In this document: positions 52,201 through 63,593 of the stretch, piece by piece | How positions within the stretch are numbered: position 1 is the stretch's first letter | Layout of the letters: every line of letters begins with the position of its first letter | NCBI GenBank assembly: GCA_043228905.1 | Contig: JBHGNT010000003.1 | Location: 19,344,001 to 19,408,000, forward strand | Origin: Azolla caroliniana | Taxonomy: Eukaryota > Plantae > Polypodiophyta | Reading direction: 5' to 3' | DNA length: 64,000 bases | Translations under genes and position numbers: made by a program | The notes under the pieces: generated by a model | Told to the model about the DNA's origin: nothing | Seen by the model: only the letters and a program-made list of their open reading frames with translations | The model's database searches: none

Positions 52201-54477
52201 CGTGACTTCCTCGTCTTTAGATGGCTCGATGGTTGGTAAGGCATTGATTTCGAAGAGAGGAATGATCGTGGGATGATCATCTAGGAAGTCATCGACCTCC
52301 TCATCGGCCAATCCGTCGAGCATATGGACCCCTTCCGCGTATAACGGCGAAGTGTTGAGGGCGACGGGGACTCGTTCCTCAGTGATGATTCAGACTTTTG
52401 TCTTCCCTCTTCGGAACGAGATCATGTTGCGTTGCCAATGTTGCTTGATATTCGCTGTATGCAACCATGGTCGACCTAGTAACATTGGGTAGGCGCCTTG
52501 TGTCTCCAGTCGTAGCACGACGGCCGAGATCGTGAACATGTGGCCTCCGAGTGTGAAGTCGAGATGGCGGATTAAACCAATGGGGTGAACAAAGCGGGTG
52601 TCGGCCATCCGAAGCCAAAAGGGGCATGGTTCCCATTGATTCAGGCCGAGGTTGAGACACGTTGATTCGCTAATAACGTTTACGCTGGATCCGCCGTCGA
52701 TGATGCATTTGTGCAGGTCTTGTCCCTTAATGATGATTCGCACGGCTGGGTTCTGAGAATCCATGAGTGGTGGACCGGTTCTTGCTTCGGTGAGGTGTAC
52801 CGGTGGTGTCACGACCTTAGTATTGGCCTGTAGTGCCGCTAGGGTGTCCCGAAATCTCGGCATGAGTGGTAGCAGTTTATGTAGGGGCAGCGAGATGCGG
52901 GAGTTGGTAAGAACATCCCATAGCTGGTTGTCCTCCGACGACGTGGATGGTGCCGGGGTTTGTGGTACTTCACTGGGCCCGTCCTTCATGTCAGTTTGCA
53001 TGCGTGCGGCATTATTTTTATTGGCCGTGTCGACCCATTCTTTTGCTGCCTGTCGTACTTCATCCTGGATTTGCCACTGAGTAGTCTGCGCTTTACTCCG
53101 GGTAGTGACCGTTTGAACATCGGCCATGATACTGTTTACTGCGGGTGCCTTGCCACGGTTGGTTGTCGAACATTGTGTGGCGTAGTGGCCTGGTTGGTTA
53201 CATTTAAAACATGTCACGTTGGCCGAGTTGCTGGTGTCCGCTCGGTCTGTGTGTGGAAGCTGTTGTTGTTGATCCTCGGTCTCGTTTGGTGGTGGGTTGT
53301 TCCGAGGTGCGTTGGAGTTGCGCTGGTCATGTTGAGGAGCGTCCCGTCGGCGGTTGTGATTAGGTCTTCTATTGTTGTGTGTGTTGCGATTGGCGTTTCG
53401 CCGATCCATGCGTGAGTTCCTTCGGTCATACTGATCATCGCGATCGTCATTGTATTGAGCATAATCGTCGTGCCGGTCATCGCGATAATAATCACGACGA
53501 TTATCACGTTGGTAGTCGTCGTTTCGGCGCCATCGATCCGGGGATCGCGGTTGGCCGTTATCCTGGTCTCGGTAGATATATCGCTTGTCCTGCCGAGAGT
53601 ATGTATTTCGTGGCTCGATCTGGCGGACCGGTGCCGGCGTTGTGCGGTTTAGCGTATTATATTCGCACTGCTCGACCGTGTGAGCTCGAGACTGACAGAT
53701 CGGACACTGTGGTCGATGGGGACATTCGAGGGCCAGGTGCCCTAATCCTGAACACGCAGTGCATTGGAGGGCTTGGCGAAAGCGATTGTCCTCTTGGGGA
53801 AGAGCGTTTTGCAAGGATGTCATCGAGAAGGCCGTGCCGTGCTGGTTTCGAATGAGGGCGAGAAAGCGCGCTATGACTTGTTCGATAGTATGGTTGGCAA
53901 AATTTGTAAGTGCGAGAGTCGTTCGTAGAGGCTCTCTTAAACTGGATAGGAAAGTGTCCGGTATATGTTGTGCCGAGACATCATCGGCCACTTGTCTGTA
54001 GAGATCCTGGAACCGGATCGTGAACTGCGCGACCGTTTCGTGCGGTTCCTGGCATATAGAGAAGAATTGCCGGAGCAGTTCCCGTTTAGGCACCTCGCGA
54101 TGAAAAAGTTCAAGGAACTTTGTGCGCACGATTTGGAAAGTGGCGACCTCTCCTATTTCGAGGCGAGAGTACCATTGTGCGGCCGGTCCATCGAGGGAGA
54201 GTGTGAACTCGGCAATCTTCGAGGCATCGATTTCGCCCGGCGTGAGGCGGTGCGTGGAGTGGTTAGCCTGCCACGTGGATATGAAGGCACGGACGTGTGA
54301 CTCCGCGTCAGGTCCGTCGGCATATCGTGGGTATGGGTATGGCATGATGTCGTATTGTGGTTCTTCTGGTAGCACCGGAAAAGGGTTTAGTTCCGGTTGA
54401 TTGACCTCCGGAGGGCTCGACGGGGGTTCTGGTGGTGAATCAACCCGCGATCGAGTGTCCGGTGGCGAGGATTGCAC
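49206..54477 (-). pseudogene. Element D gag-pol polyprotein (2 in-frame stops, 1 frameshift)
   Basis: Three CCHC knuckles, IIDGGSS protease, RVCVDYRKLN / FLDGFSGYNQI / LLDDF RT, FVDASD / TTEREAL RNase H, HHCC plus WGLDFVGP / YPQANGLAE / WTGPF integrase. Stops at 52390 and 49917; frameshift in the A7 run 51184-51190. Confidence 0.93.
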
Positions 54478-55124
54478 TGGACAAGCCCCCGATTGATCGG
54501 GAAAGGATTGGTCAGTGACCGCCGAGTCGAAAGTTCCTTCGACTGGCTCAGGGCGTCGGACGGGTGGCTGAGACCTCGTGGTGCGAGAGGGCGCCGTAAC
54601 GGCGGCTGGTGGTTACCTTCAACGAAGTTCGCTGTGCACTCACAACTGTAACCGAGCATGCCAAATTGTGTTACCCGTTCCTTTGGGTGAACACCTTCGA
54701 TAGATCTCCGTCTATCGGTCTTCAAGGGCGTGGTACGTGAAGGCTCGTAACAGAGGCGTCGAGAGAGATACAGGGCTCAGAGAGAAAACACTAGCGAGGT
54801 TTTGATAGACGTGGCGGCGTGAAACTCATAGGTATGGATCAAAGCACAGACTCATGCAGCAAAATAGGCACAATTAAGATATATTACTATGGCAGAAAAG
54901 GATTACAGAACACAGCCTATGGCTGGTGACCTTACGAGTTTATCTAATTACGAATGACTAAGCTAGTGCTTCCGCCTATAGTTTTCTTCCCTCTCTTTCT
55001 GAGGTACTGCTCCTCATTTAAATAACTTTTCCCTTAATACACAGCCGAGCCGTCGGCGGCCCATGATACTCGGACTCGGTGTTTGCTAATTTCCTAATTT
55101 TACATTTCTATCCTCTGGACAACA

Positions 55125-58100
55125 TTCCCGAATCTGAATCCGTAAGCTCGGTACCTGGAATTCGACCAGCATGACTGCCTCTAATCCGAATGCTAACCGG
55201 AACAGTTTTGTTTGGATGCTTGTTTTGTACAATGTCTTGTAAGCCCAGATCGTACTGTGCAGCTTCGTGTCCCAATCTGTCTGATTTTCATTGACGATCT
55301 TGCGCAGGATATTCTGTAGCGTTTTGTTTGTTGACTCCACTAATCCGTTGGCTTGTGGGTAGTACGGGGTGCTCCGTTTATGTACTACCGCATAGAATGA
55401 CGTCAAGCTCTCCACCACCTGTCCAAGAAAGTGCCCTCCTTGGTCGCTTATCAGCTCTATGGGGCATCCATACCGGCACCAAATGCATTCATATAAGAAT
55501 TTTGTCGTCGACGTCGCGGTGTTATCTCATAAGGCTTTGGCTTCCACCCATTTAGTGCAGTAGTCTGTCGCGACGATCACATACCGGTTGCCAGTTCTCA
55601 TTACCGGTGGTTTAAATGGTCCGACGAAATTCAGTCCCCATTTCTGAAATGGTTCCAGCGGTAGTATTGGCTGGTGCGGCATCCTAACTTGTTCTGTTGG
55701 CTGGCCCATTGGCTGGCATAGATCACACTCTTTCGCATACCGGACTGCGTCTTTCAATGTAGTCGACCACCATAAGCCACTTTGCCATATCTTCCTTGCC
55801 GTAGCATCCCCAGCATAATGGCCTCCGGCGACTCCGCAGTGTGCTTCCCGTAGTATTACCTCTTTCTCGTTGCTGCGCACCGCTCGTCGCCATATACCGT
55901 CCACACCTTTGTGGTATAGCGTGTCCTGTAATAAACAGAAGTGCCGGCTTTGTACCGCCAGGCGTTTCCTCTCGTCCCGGTTCATCTCCTCCGGAGGCAA
56001 TCCGGTTCTCCGAAATTGGTGCATATTCGTTAGCCAACTTACCAGTAAGTGACGCTTTGGATACTAGGTAGAGGAGTGCCGAATGATCTACATGGAAGGA
56101 AAACTTTCTCCCCAATAAATAGTGCCTGAATTTTGTTACGTTGTAGATCATGCCTAAAGCTTCCCTTTCCGTGGTGGAGTAATTTCGTTCGGCTTGGGAT
56201 AACTTCCGGCTTGTGTAATATACAGGCCGATACCATCTTGCCTCTGTAAGTTGCATCAGCGCACTCCCAATTGCAATGTTGGACGCATCCACGAACACAT
56301 GAAATTCCTTCGCCCAATCCGGGGGTTGCACTACCGGCGCTTGTGACAATAGAACTTTGAGTGCCCGGTACGCCTTATCTTCGGTGTTGGTCCACTGGAA
56401 CGGTGTTCGGTGTACCGCAGCATGCAGTGGTGTAGCTAGGTCCGCCAAATACCGGAGCATTCGGCTATGCCAACGGATTTGTCCTAAGAAACAACTCAAT
56501 GCCTTTGCCGTTATTGGTGCCGGTGCCTCCAGGATTGCTTTTACTTTGTCCGGATCTACGGCAATGCCTTCCTTGCTCACAATATGCCCTAGTAGCGTTC
56601 CGCTGGACACTCCGAATACACAGTTCGCCGGATTCAAGCTTAGCCGGTACGCCATACACTTCTCTAGACATAGTCTAAGACACTTCTCTAGACATACCTT
56701 GTGGTGACCTGTTGTAGGTCTGCGACTTCGGCGACTACCATGTTTACTGCCGGTCGCTTATCATAGCTCTTTGCTGGACATTGATTACTATAATGTCCTT
56801 CTTGCCGGCAATAATAGCAATATGCTTTCCGGGTATTGCTGGATTCGGCATTGTTTCCTGTCCCCGGTGGAGGACCTGTGGTAACTGCGGGGCTTTGGTC
56901 CGGTTGGCTACTTGAGGCGCCTTTTTCCGGTTCACGTGACTGGCTCCCTTTTTTGAAATGCCGTTTTTTATTAAAGTTCTTTTTGTTGCGGCACCCTTGC
57001 CGGGGTTGGTCGTCATATCTCCCGTAATCTTCCTGTCGTTGGTGATACCCGGGGGAATGATCCCGGTTGTGATGCTCGTACCGTCTGTTGTAATCTCGAT
57101 ACCCATCATATCTCTTGTACCGGTCATAGTTCTCTCGCCGATTGTCGTACCGGACATCTTGTGCTGGTCGATGTCGCTCCTCTCGCCGCCAGCGTTCGTC
57201 TTCTTCGTCTCGGCTGCTACGTGGCTCGATTTGCCGGATTGGTGGTGCTTGCCGATTCAATAAGTTATATTCGCACCGGTCCATCGTGTGGCTCGTAGAT
57301 TGGCAGAGTAAGCAGTGCGTCCGCATGGTGCACTCCAGTGACGAGTGTCCGGAATTCAAGCTGGTCGTGCATTGGATTGCTTGCCATGTCCTCATTGGTT
57401 GGTAACGCTCGTTGGAGGGCTCCCATTGTTAGCCAAGAGCTTGTTTTCTCCATTTCTCTAACCCGGTCGATGACCTGGTCGACGGTGCTTGTGCGAAAGT
57501 CGATGACTGTGCATACCGTTCGTAGAGGTTCCCGGAGCGCAGCTAAGAATATAGCCTGTGTTTCTTCCTCCGGAGGAGCGCGGGTAAGCTGACTGTGCAT
57601 TCGTTGAAACCGGATGACAAACTGCGGAATGCTCTCCCCGGGGTCCTGCCGGATGGTATAAAATAGGCCCACCATTTCTCTCTGGTCCACCTCCTTTTGA
57701 AAGAAGTGCAAGAATTTGTCTTTCAGGTCTGCAAAGGTGGTGATGGTGCTGCGATCCTGCGTTCGGTGCCATCTGGCGGCCGGTCCTTCCAATGTCACGC
57801 CGAATTCGGCTATCTTAGATCGTTCCTCTTCTGCCGCGGTTAACCGTTGTGACACATGGTTCGCCTCCCATGTTTGTTGAAACGCGTGAACATGACCCTC
57901 CGCGTCCGGGTCATCCCGATACTTGGAGTACTGGAACGGCATGTCGTCGTCCGGTGTCGGTATGCGGGCTGGCGATGTCGGTGGTCTTTCCTGCTGTTCT
58001 GTTGGCGTCAGAGGTCTTTGCCGGTCTTCCCTTGGTGTTGCCGGCTCGACATCCGGTGTCAGAGGTCTTTCTTTGTCTTCTTCCGTCTCCGGAGGTTGCT

Positions 58101-59070
58101 CCACGTCTAGTGCCGGGGGTTCCTGGTCTGCCAACTCTGGTTCCGGTGTTGGTACTGTATCCGATTCCTCGTCCTCCGGTCCTCCTGGGGTGTTGTTACT
58201 GCTGCGATAGTTCGTGTGCGCGCTGTAACCCCCTTTCGAATCCGATTCCAGCGCTGGAAATGCTTCGGATTCGCCGTCTCTTCCGACTAAGGCCTAGAGA
58301 AGGGATTCTGCTTCCCGGAAACTGCTTAAGCTGCTTCCTTCGTCCGGGTAGGCGTTTTGTTGCAGACGGAGCGACTCCTCCGCCACTTTCCGGATCACTT
58401 TGGAAAATGATCGATCCGTTCGAATTTCTTCCGCTGCTTGCTGGAAAGCCTCTCGCCGCCTTCTCCGTTTAGCAAGTCTTTGTGCTCTCTCCGTAACCGG
58501 GTCATTGTTTATGGGTGGGGGGTGGAGCCAAGATCAGCTCCATCCCCCTCCCAAGGGGGTTCGAGTGTGAGAGGAGAGAGGGAGAGATGAGATGCACAGA
58601 GAGAACGAATGAGAGAGAGAGAGAATCGAGACAGACACAATTTAGAGTAACTTCGATATCATTTTTTCATGCCCCATGAGTGAGGATTTATATAATAGAA
58701 GATCTTTACAAAAAGCCAAATGGACGTAGGTACACCTACTTACCTCACCTAACACTCACACATTCACATTTCATATTACACCTCACACACCACCTTCCAC
58801 ATTACACCTAACCCTCCCGTACACTTATACGAGTAACACCTGGCACGCCCGTGCGACAGTGCGTTGCACGTCGTACCCACAAGCCCATGCCAAAAAATCA
58901 TTGACCGGAAACTCCATCGGTCTTCTCTGAACGGTCGGAAATCCCTCGACCAGAACATTTCTCTACGATCGATAACTTCGATCGGAGCTGGCATGACACA
59001 AACCTTCTCGTTCGGTCAACATAACGCATGATTGGATCAGACACCAATCGGCTTGTCCATTGTGATAAAG
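55125..59070 (-). mobile_element. Gypsy element E (relative of D): deleted gag-pol, one LTR (58506-58838) and an upstream 3'-internal segment
   Basis: gag (YRDDPDAEGHVHAF...SKIAEF, CYYCRQEGHYSNQC) joined directly to the RT C-terminus at about 56660-56700; RNase H; integrase cut at 55125 by the LTR of D. LTR reads TGTTAC...AAACA with TATATAAA on the minus strand; PBS remnant CCCGGTTAC. Right boundary approximate. Confidence 0.85.
58839..58880 (-). other. Second copy of the tRNA-like element, abutting the LTR of E
   Basis: Sense strand GTGGG-TACGA-CGTGCAACGCACT-GT-CGCAC-GGGCGTG-CCA-GG then TGTTAC; 35 of 42 nt identical to 45485-45526. Confidence 0.75.
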
Positions 59071-59382
59071 TTGTTCAGGGTTTAAAAATGATTGTGGATG
59101 TATGTGTATACATATTGTGAAATGCTCTCAAGAATAGCCCTCCTTTCATTATGTCTCAAGTTACATTTTATAGACTCTCTCTTAGCGTGGAGGGTGTTCT
59201 CCCGCTCCAATTAGCTCTACTAATTATGGGGCTTGGTGGGGGCCTAGTTTGGGTGTGGTGCATGAGGCTTGGTAGGGGCCTAATTTGGGTGTGGTCTATG
59301 TGTGGTGCATATGGGGCTTGGTAGGGGCCTAATCTAGGTGTGGTCCATGTGACCACCACAATTCCCCCTTGTAAAAAAAAAG

Positions 59383-62300
59383 TTACTGTGCAGTCGAAGC
59401 GCGACGAGGCGTGGACGACGGTTCCAGACGGGGGGATGACACGGGCGTGGGCGTAGGCATGAGTGTGGGCGGGGGCGGTGGTAGTTGTTGGAAGGGCTTC
59501 ATGCGAGATTGGTGAGCAAAGGTAGAGCGGTTGTTGGAGGCGCGGCAGAGCAGGTATGTAGTGTCGCGTATCTGCTTTTGAACTTCGAAGGGACCGATCC
59601 ATCGGTGCATGAGCGATTCGCTGAGACCGCGACGACGGATGGGGAAGTAGACGAGGACTTTGTCACTGACGTGGTATAGATGGTCGACACGGCCTATATC
59701 GTGTTGTCGTTTTTGGCGTAGTTGTGCCTGGTGCAGGTTGCTCGTGATGGCTTTGGGGAGGAGGGGCTGGAGTTGTTGTAGGTGGGACCACCAAGACACT
59801 GCGTCAGCGTGGAGTCGTGTGGTTGGTTGCGGGACTGCCACTTCTGGGGGTAAGCGCGGGTCCCTTCCGTAAAGGGCCCGAAATGGGCTAATGCGGGTAG
59901 AGGCTTGCACAGTTGTGTTGTAGGCATGCGTAACGAAGGGCAAGATTCGGTCCCAGGTTGAGTGCAACGGATCGATGTAGGCTGAGATTTGTTGTTTTAA
60001 GGTTCGATTGAGGCGCTCCGTCAACCCATTCGTTTGCGGATGGTAGGGTGACGTGAATAACTGTTGGATTCCTAGTTGTGTTGAAAGGAGGCGTAGGAGC
60101 TCACCGTTGAACTGGGGTCCTCGATCGGACAAGATTTGGAGTGGGCAACCGTGGGGGAAGATGATTTTCTCCAATAGTTTGGAGGCGATGGTCATAGCCT
60201 TTGCATCTGGGATAGCGGCCGTCTCAGCCCAACGCGTCAAGTACTCGGTGATGACGAGGATGAATTTGTTCCCTCCTTGTGACTCGGGAAAGGGGCCCAT
60301 AATGTCCCATCCGACGATTTCAAATGGAGCTTGAACTTGTATCGGATGTAAGAGGCCTTGAGCCACTTGAGGTGATTTGATGGCCTGACATAAGTTGCAT
60401 GCTTTGATGTAGGAGGCGACCTCGTGGCGTAGCCCAGGCCAATAGAATTTGCGACGAATTTTGTCGAGCACCTTATGAAAACCCAAGTGGCCGGACAACG
60501 GGTGATCATGGAAGAAACGAAGGTAAGACTGGCGTAGTTGCTCAGGCACGTAGACTCGGGGTTCTTTGCCTACTTGACAAAAAAGTAGGACATTATCCTG
60601 GATCATGAATTGCTTGGTGAGGGATGATGTCGGTTCAGCTCGTAGGCGGTGGCAGATATCTTGGATTTGTTTGTCGTGTTGTTGCATGTTGGCCATTTGG
60701 GACGAGGATATGGGGAAATCGATTGTGTTGGAGGTGATCTGGTTCGCCTGAAAGGATATGTGGGATAATCCATCGGCGACGATGTTTTGTGGACCATGGC
60801 GATAGCGCAGAGTGAATGTGTAATCCTGTAGCGCCAAAACCCAACGAAGTAAGCGGCCGGGTGGATGAGCCTTCTTTATGAGGGAGAGCAATGGCTGATG
60901 GTCTGTTTCGATTGATGTATTTGATCCGTGAAGGTATGGGTGGAAACGATGGAATGCCCAGACGATGGCGAGGAACTCTTTTTCAGTTGTCGCGTAATTT
61001 TGTTCGGCTTTGGTAAGTGACCGACTGATGTAGGCAATCAGGCGGAGTTGGTCGTTGTCGTCGGATTGGAGCAGGACCGCACCAAGGCCGACATTGGAGG
61101 CATCCGTCTGCAGATGGGCCAGGAGGTCAGAGGCTTGGAGTGTTCTCTTGAGCTACAGGAAGCTGGATTCGCAGGCTTCGGTCCATAGGAAGGGTGCGTC
61201 TTTTTGTAGGAGCGCGCGTAGTGGGGCTGACAGGTCGGCTAGCCGTGGGATGAAACGAAGAGAGAACGTGAGGAGGCCGAGGAAGCGTTGAAGCTGCTTG
61301 ACTGTGGTGGGGCGTGGGAATTTTTGGACTGCTTCTGTCTTCTCCGGGTCCATTTGTATTCCGTCGGAGGAGATGACGTACCCAAGGAAGCGGAGGCACG
61401 TACTACCCCATCGGCACTTCTTCCATTGCAGCTGCAATCGATAGCGTTGAACACAAGTTAGGACCTCCCGAAGGACTTGAAGGTGTTCTGCCCAAGTGCT
61501 TGTATGTACCAGAATATCGTCTAGATAGACGATGACGACACGGCGGGTGATGAGATCATCGAAGATGGCATCAGCCATTCGCTGGAATGTGCTCCCCGCA
61601 TCAGATAGGCCAAAGGGCATCCGTGTGAACTGAAAAATGCCTTTCCTAGTGCGGAATGCAGTTTTGTGGGCATCGTGAGGATTCATCGGGATCTGCCAAT
61701 ATCCCGAGGCTAGATCGAGGGAGGTGAAGTACTTTGATTTGCCAAGCTGGTCGAGGAGGTCATCGATACGAGGGAGAGGGTATCGGTCATGGGTGGTGAC
61801 ATGGTTCAGTTGTTGGAAGTCGACACAAAAGCGGTAAGAACCATCCCCTTTCTTTACCATGTGTGGCTCCGAGATCCACTCGCTCTTGGAAGGTGTGATA
61901 ATCCCTTGTTGGAGCATAGTTTTGACGGCGTTGTCGATGCGCTCGTGGTCGAGAGGCGAGCGACGTTGGGGAGCTGCGTTGATGGGGTGGGCGTTGCCTG
62001 TAGGAATCGTGTGGTGAATCGGAAAACGGACTGAGGGAGGTTTTACAGGTGGTGTAGACAACGAGGGAAAGGTGGCGAGGAGCCGTCTGATGTCGTTGAT
62101 GCGCTCCGCCGGTGATATCAGGTACTGTGTGTTGCTGATGTGGGTGGTATCCCGCGGAGTAGTGAAGAGCGCGATCGGAATGTGATTTGGGAGGATGAGC
62201 TGTTGTGCGGAGAAATCGAGACAGGCTCGACTATGGAGGAACCAATCACATCCCAAGGTGATTGGGAACAACTGGCGTGGGAGGACGTAGAAACGATGGT

Positions 62301-62643
62301 GGATCTGGGCGGAACTAATGGTGAGCATGCACCTGACTTGTGTATGTGAGTGGTACACCCGTTGTTGGTCGCCGAAGAGGATTTTAATGGGCGGTGCGTG
62401 GCTCGTGGGAAGTTGTAATTGGGTGACTAAATCTGCGCTGATGGAAGAGATGCTGCTGCCGGAGTCGAGGAGAACTTCTTGGGTCGTGTGCTGGAGGCGG
62501 GCGATTGTGGTACAAACGGGCGAAGTTGATGAAGTGGAGGCGTGGACGTGCGGGGGCGGCTCAATCGTGGGAGAAACGGGAGAAGTTGAGGACGTGGAGA
62601 CGTGGACGTGCGGGGGCGGCTCTCCTTGCGGCACCCCGCGCAT
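59383..62643 (-). pseudogene. Element F pol (PR-RT-RH-INT, no chromodomain) with one in-frame TAG at 61153
   Basis: LLDSGSS, RFCVDF, YPLPRIDDLLD, YLDDIL, QTDAS / TTEKEFLA, HDHPLSGH..C..C, GWDIMGP, YHPQTNGLTER, WIGPF. ORFs 61153-62643 and 59383-60891 share a frame. Confidence 0.92.
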
Positions 62644-63593
62644 TAGTTTTCCGGGAGCTCAGAGAGGGAGGCAGCGTCAGCTAATTGGACGTTCTGCTTC
62701 TGTTGGTGATTCTGCCACTTTCGGCAGTGACGCCGAATGTGGCCATAGTTGTTGCAGTAGAAACATTTGGGGCGTCCCTGGCTGTCTCGTTCGGGCAATG
62801 CACGCTTGGCACGTAATTGCGTGTTCTGGATGTCGATGTCCATGGGAGTGACGGCTGGTATAGTGTTTGTATGATCATGACTGAGATTACCTGGTGTGTG
62901 CATGTCGTGCGCGTCTACAGCTTCGATGCGTTGGGCAGTGAGGATGGCTTCGTGTAGTGTCGTCGGGCCTTGATCGCGTACACGGCGGCGGAGGTCATGT
63001 CGTATACGCGGCCAGAAGAAAAACAACTTCATGTCCTCCGACATGTTGGCGTCAGCCCGGCGTAGGATCTGCACAAAACGAACCGCGAACTGGGTGATGG
63101 GTTCGCGTGGTTGTTGGGTAATTGACTCAAGTTGTTGTAGGGCCGTCTGGCGGGAGTCTTGATGAGCAAAATTCCGAATCATGGCTGCCCGTAACAGATC
63201 CCAGTCGTTGCGTGTCTCTTCGGGTTGTTGTACAAGCCATGTTGCCGCGATATTCTCGAGGAGTGTCTTCATCTCCATTGCCTTCCGAGGGTGTGGCCAC
63301 TGGTGGTAACTGGCCACCATTTCGAAATGATCCAGCCAAGAGAGGACGTCTTCCGATTGTAGGCCGGAGAACGGTTTTGGGCGAACTCGAGAGTCCGGGA
63401 GATTTTGTTGTGGCTCGGATCGTGCTGAAAGAAAGGACAACATGGCTTGGTTAGTATGGTTAACTTGTAAAATGATGTTGGACAGAGCTTGAACCAGTTG
63501 GTCGATTGGCGATGTGGGCTGGTGTCCTTGATTGTGTTGTAGGAATTCCGGATTCATCGAGTTTGCGTTGCCGTCGTTGTTGTCGTGTTGCAT
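62643..63593 (-). CDS. Element F gag (intact, one CCHC knuckle)
   Basis: Open frame from ATG 63593 (first ATG after the PBS); capsid-like region, CFYCNNYGHIRRHC, ends ELPEN*. Confidence 0.85.
   Translation of the reverse strand: MQHDNNDGNANSMNPEFLQHNQGHQPTSPIDQLVQALSNIILQVNHTNQAMLSFLSARSEPQQNLPDSRVRPKPFSGLQSEDVLSWLDHFEMVASYHQWPHPRKAMEMKTLLENIAATWLVQQPEETRNDWDLLRAAMIRNFAHQDSRQTALQQLESITQQPREPITQFAVRFVQILRRADANMSEDMKLFFFWPRIRHDLRRRVRDQGPTTLHEAILTAQRIEAVDAHDMHTPGNLSHDHTNTIPAVTPMDIDIQNTQLRAKRALPERDSQGRPKCFYCNNYGHIRRHCRKWQNHQQKQNVQLADAASLSELPEN

Larger units (their letters stand above)
45030..55124 (-). mobile_element. Gypsy element D (non-chromovirus, about 10.1 kb): gag-pol, 3' extra ORF, tRNA-like sequence in place of the PPT
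   Basis: LTRs 45030-45484 and 54669-55124 (about 13 substitutions and 1 indel by eye); minus-strand PBS TGGCATGCTCGGT at 54663-54651; domain order gag-PR-RT-RH-INT with no chromodomain; flanks ATGAC and TTCCC do not form a TSD. Confidence 0.93.

Noticed and set aside
59228-59345. G-rich repeats in the F LTR as a G-quadruplex
   Set aside because: G-runs have long loops and come from three short tandem LTR subrepeats; nothing beyond composition supports a structure.
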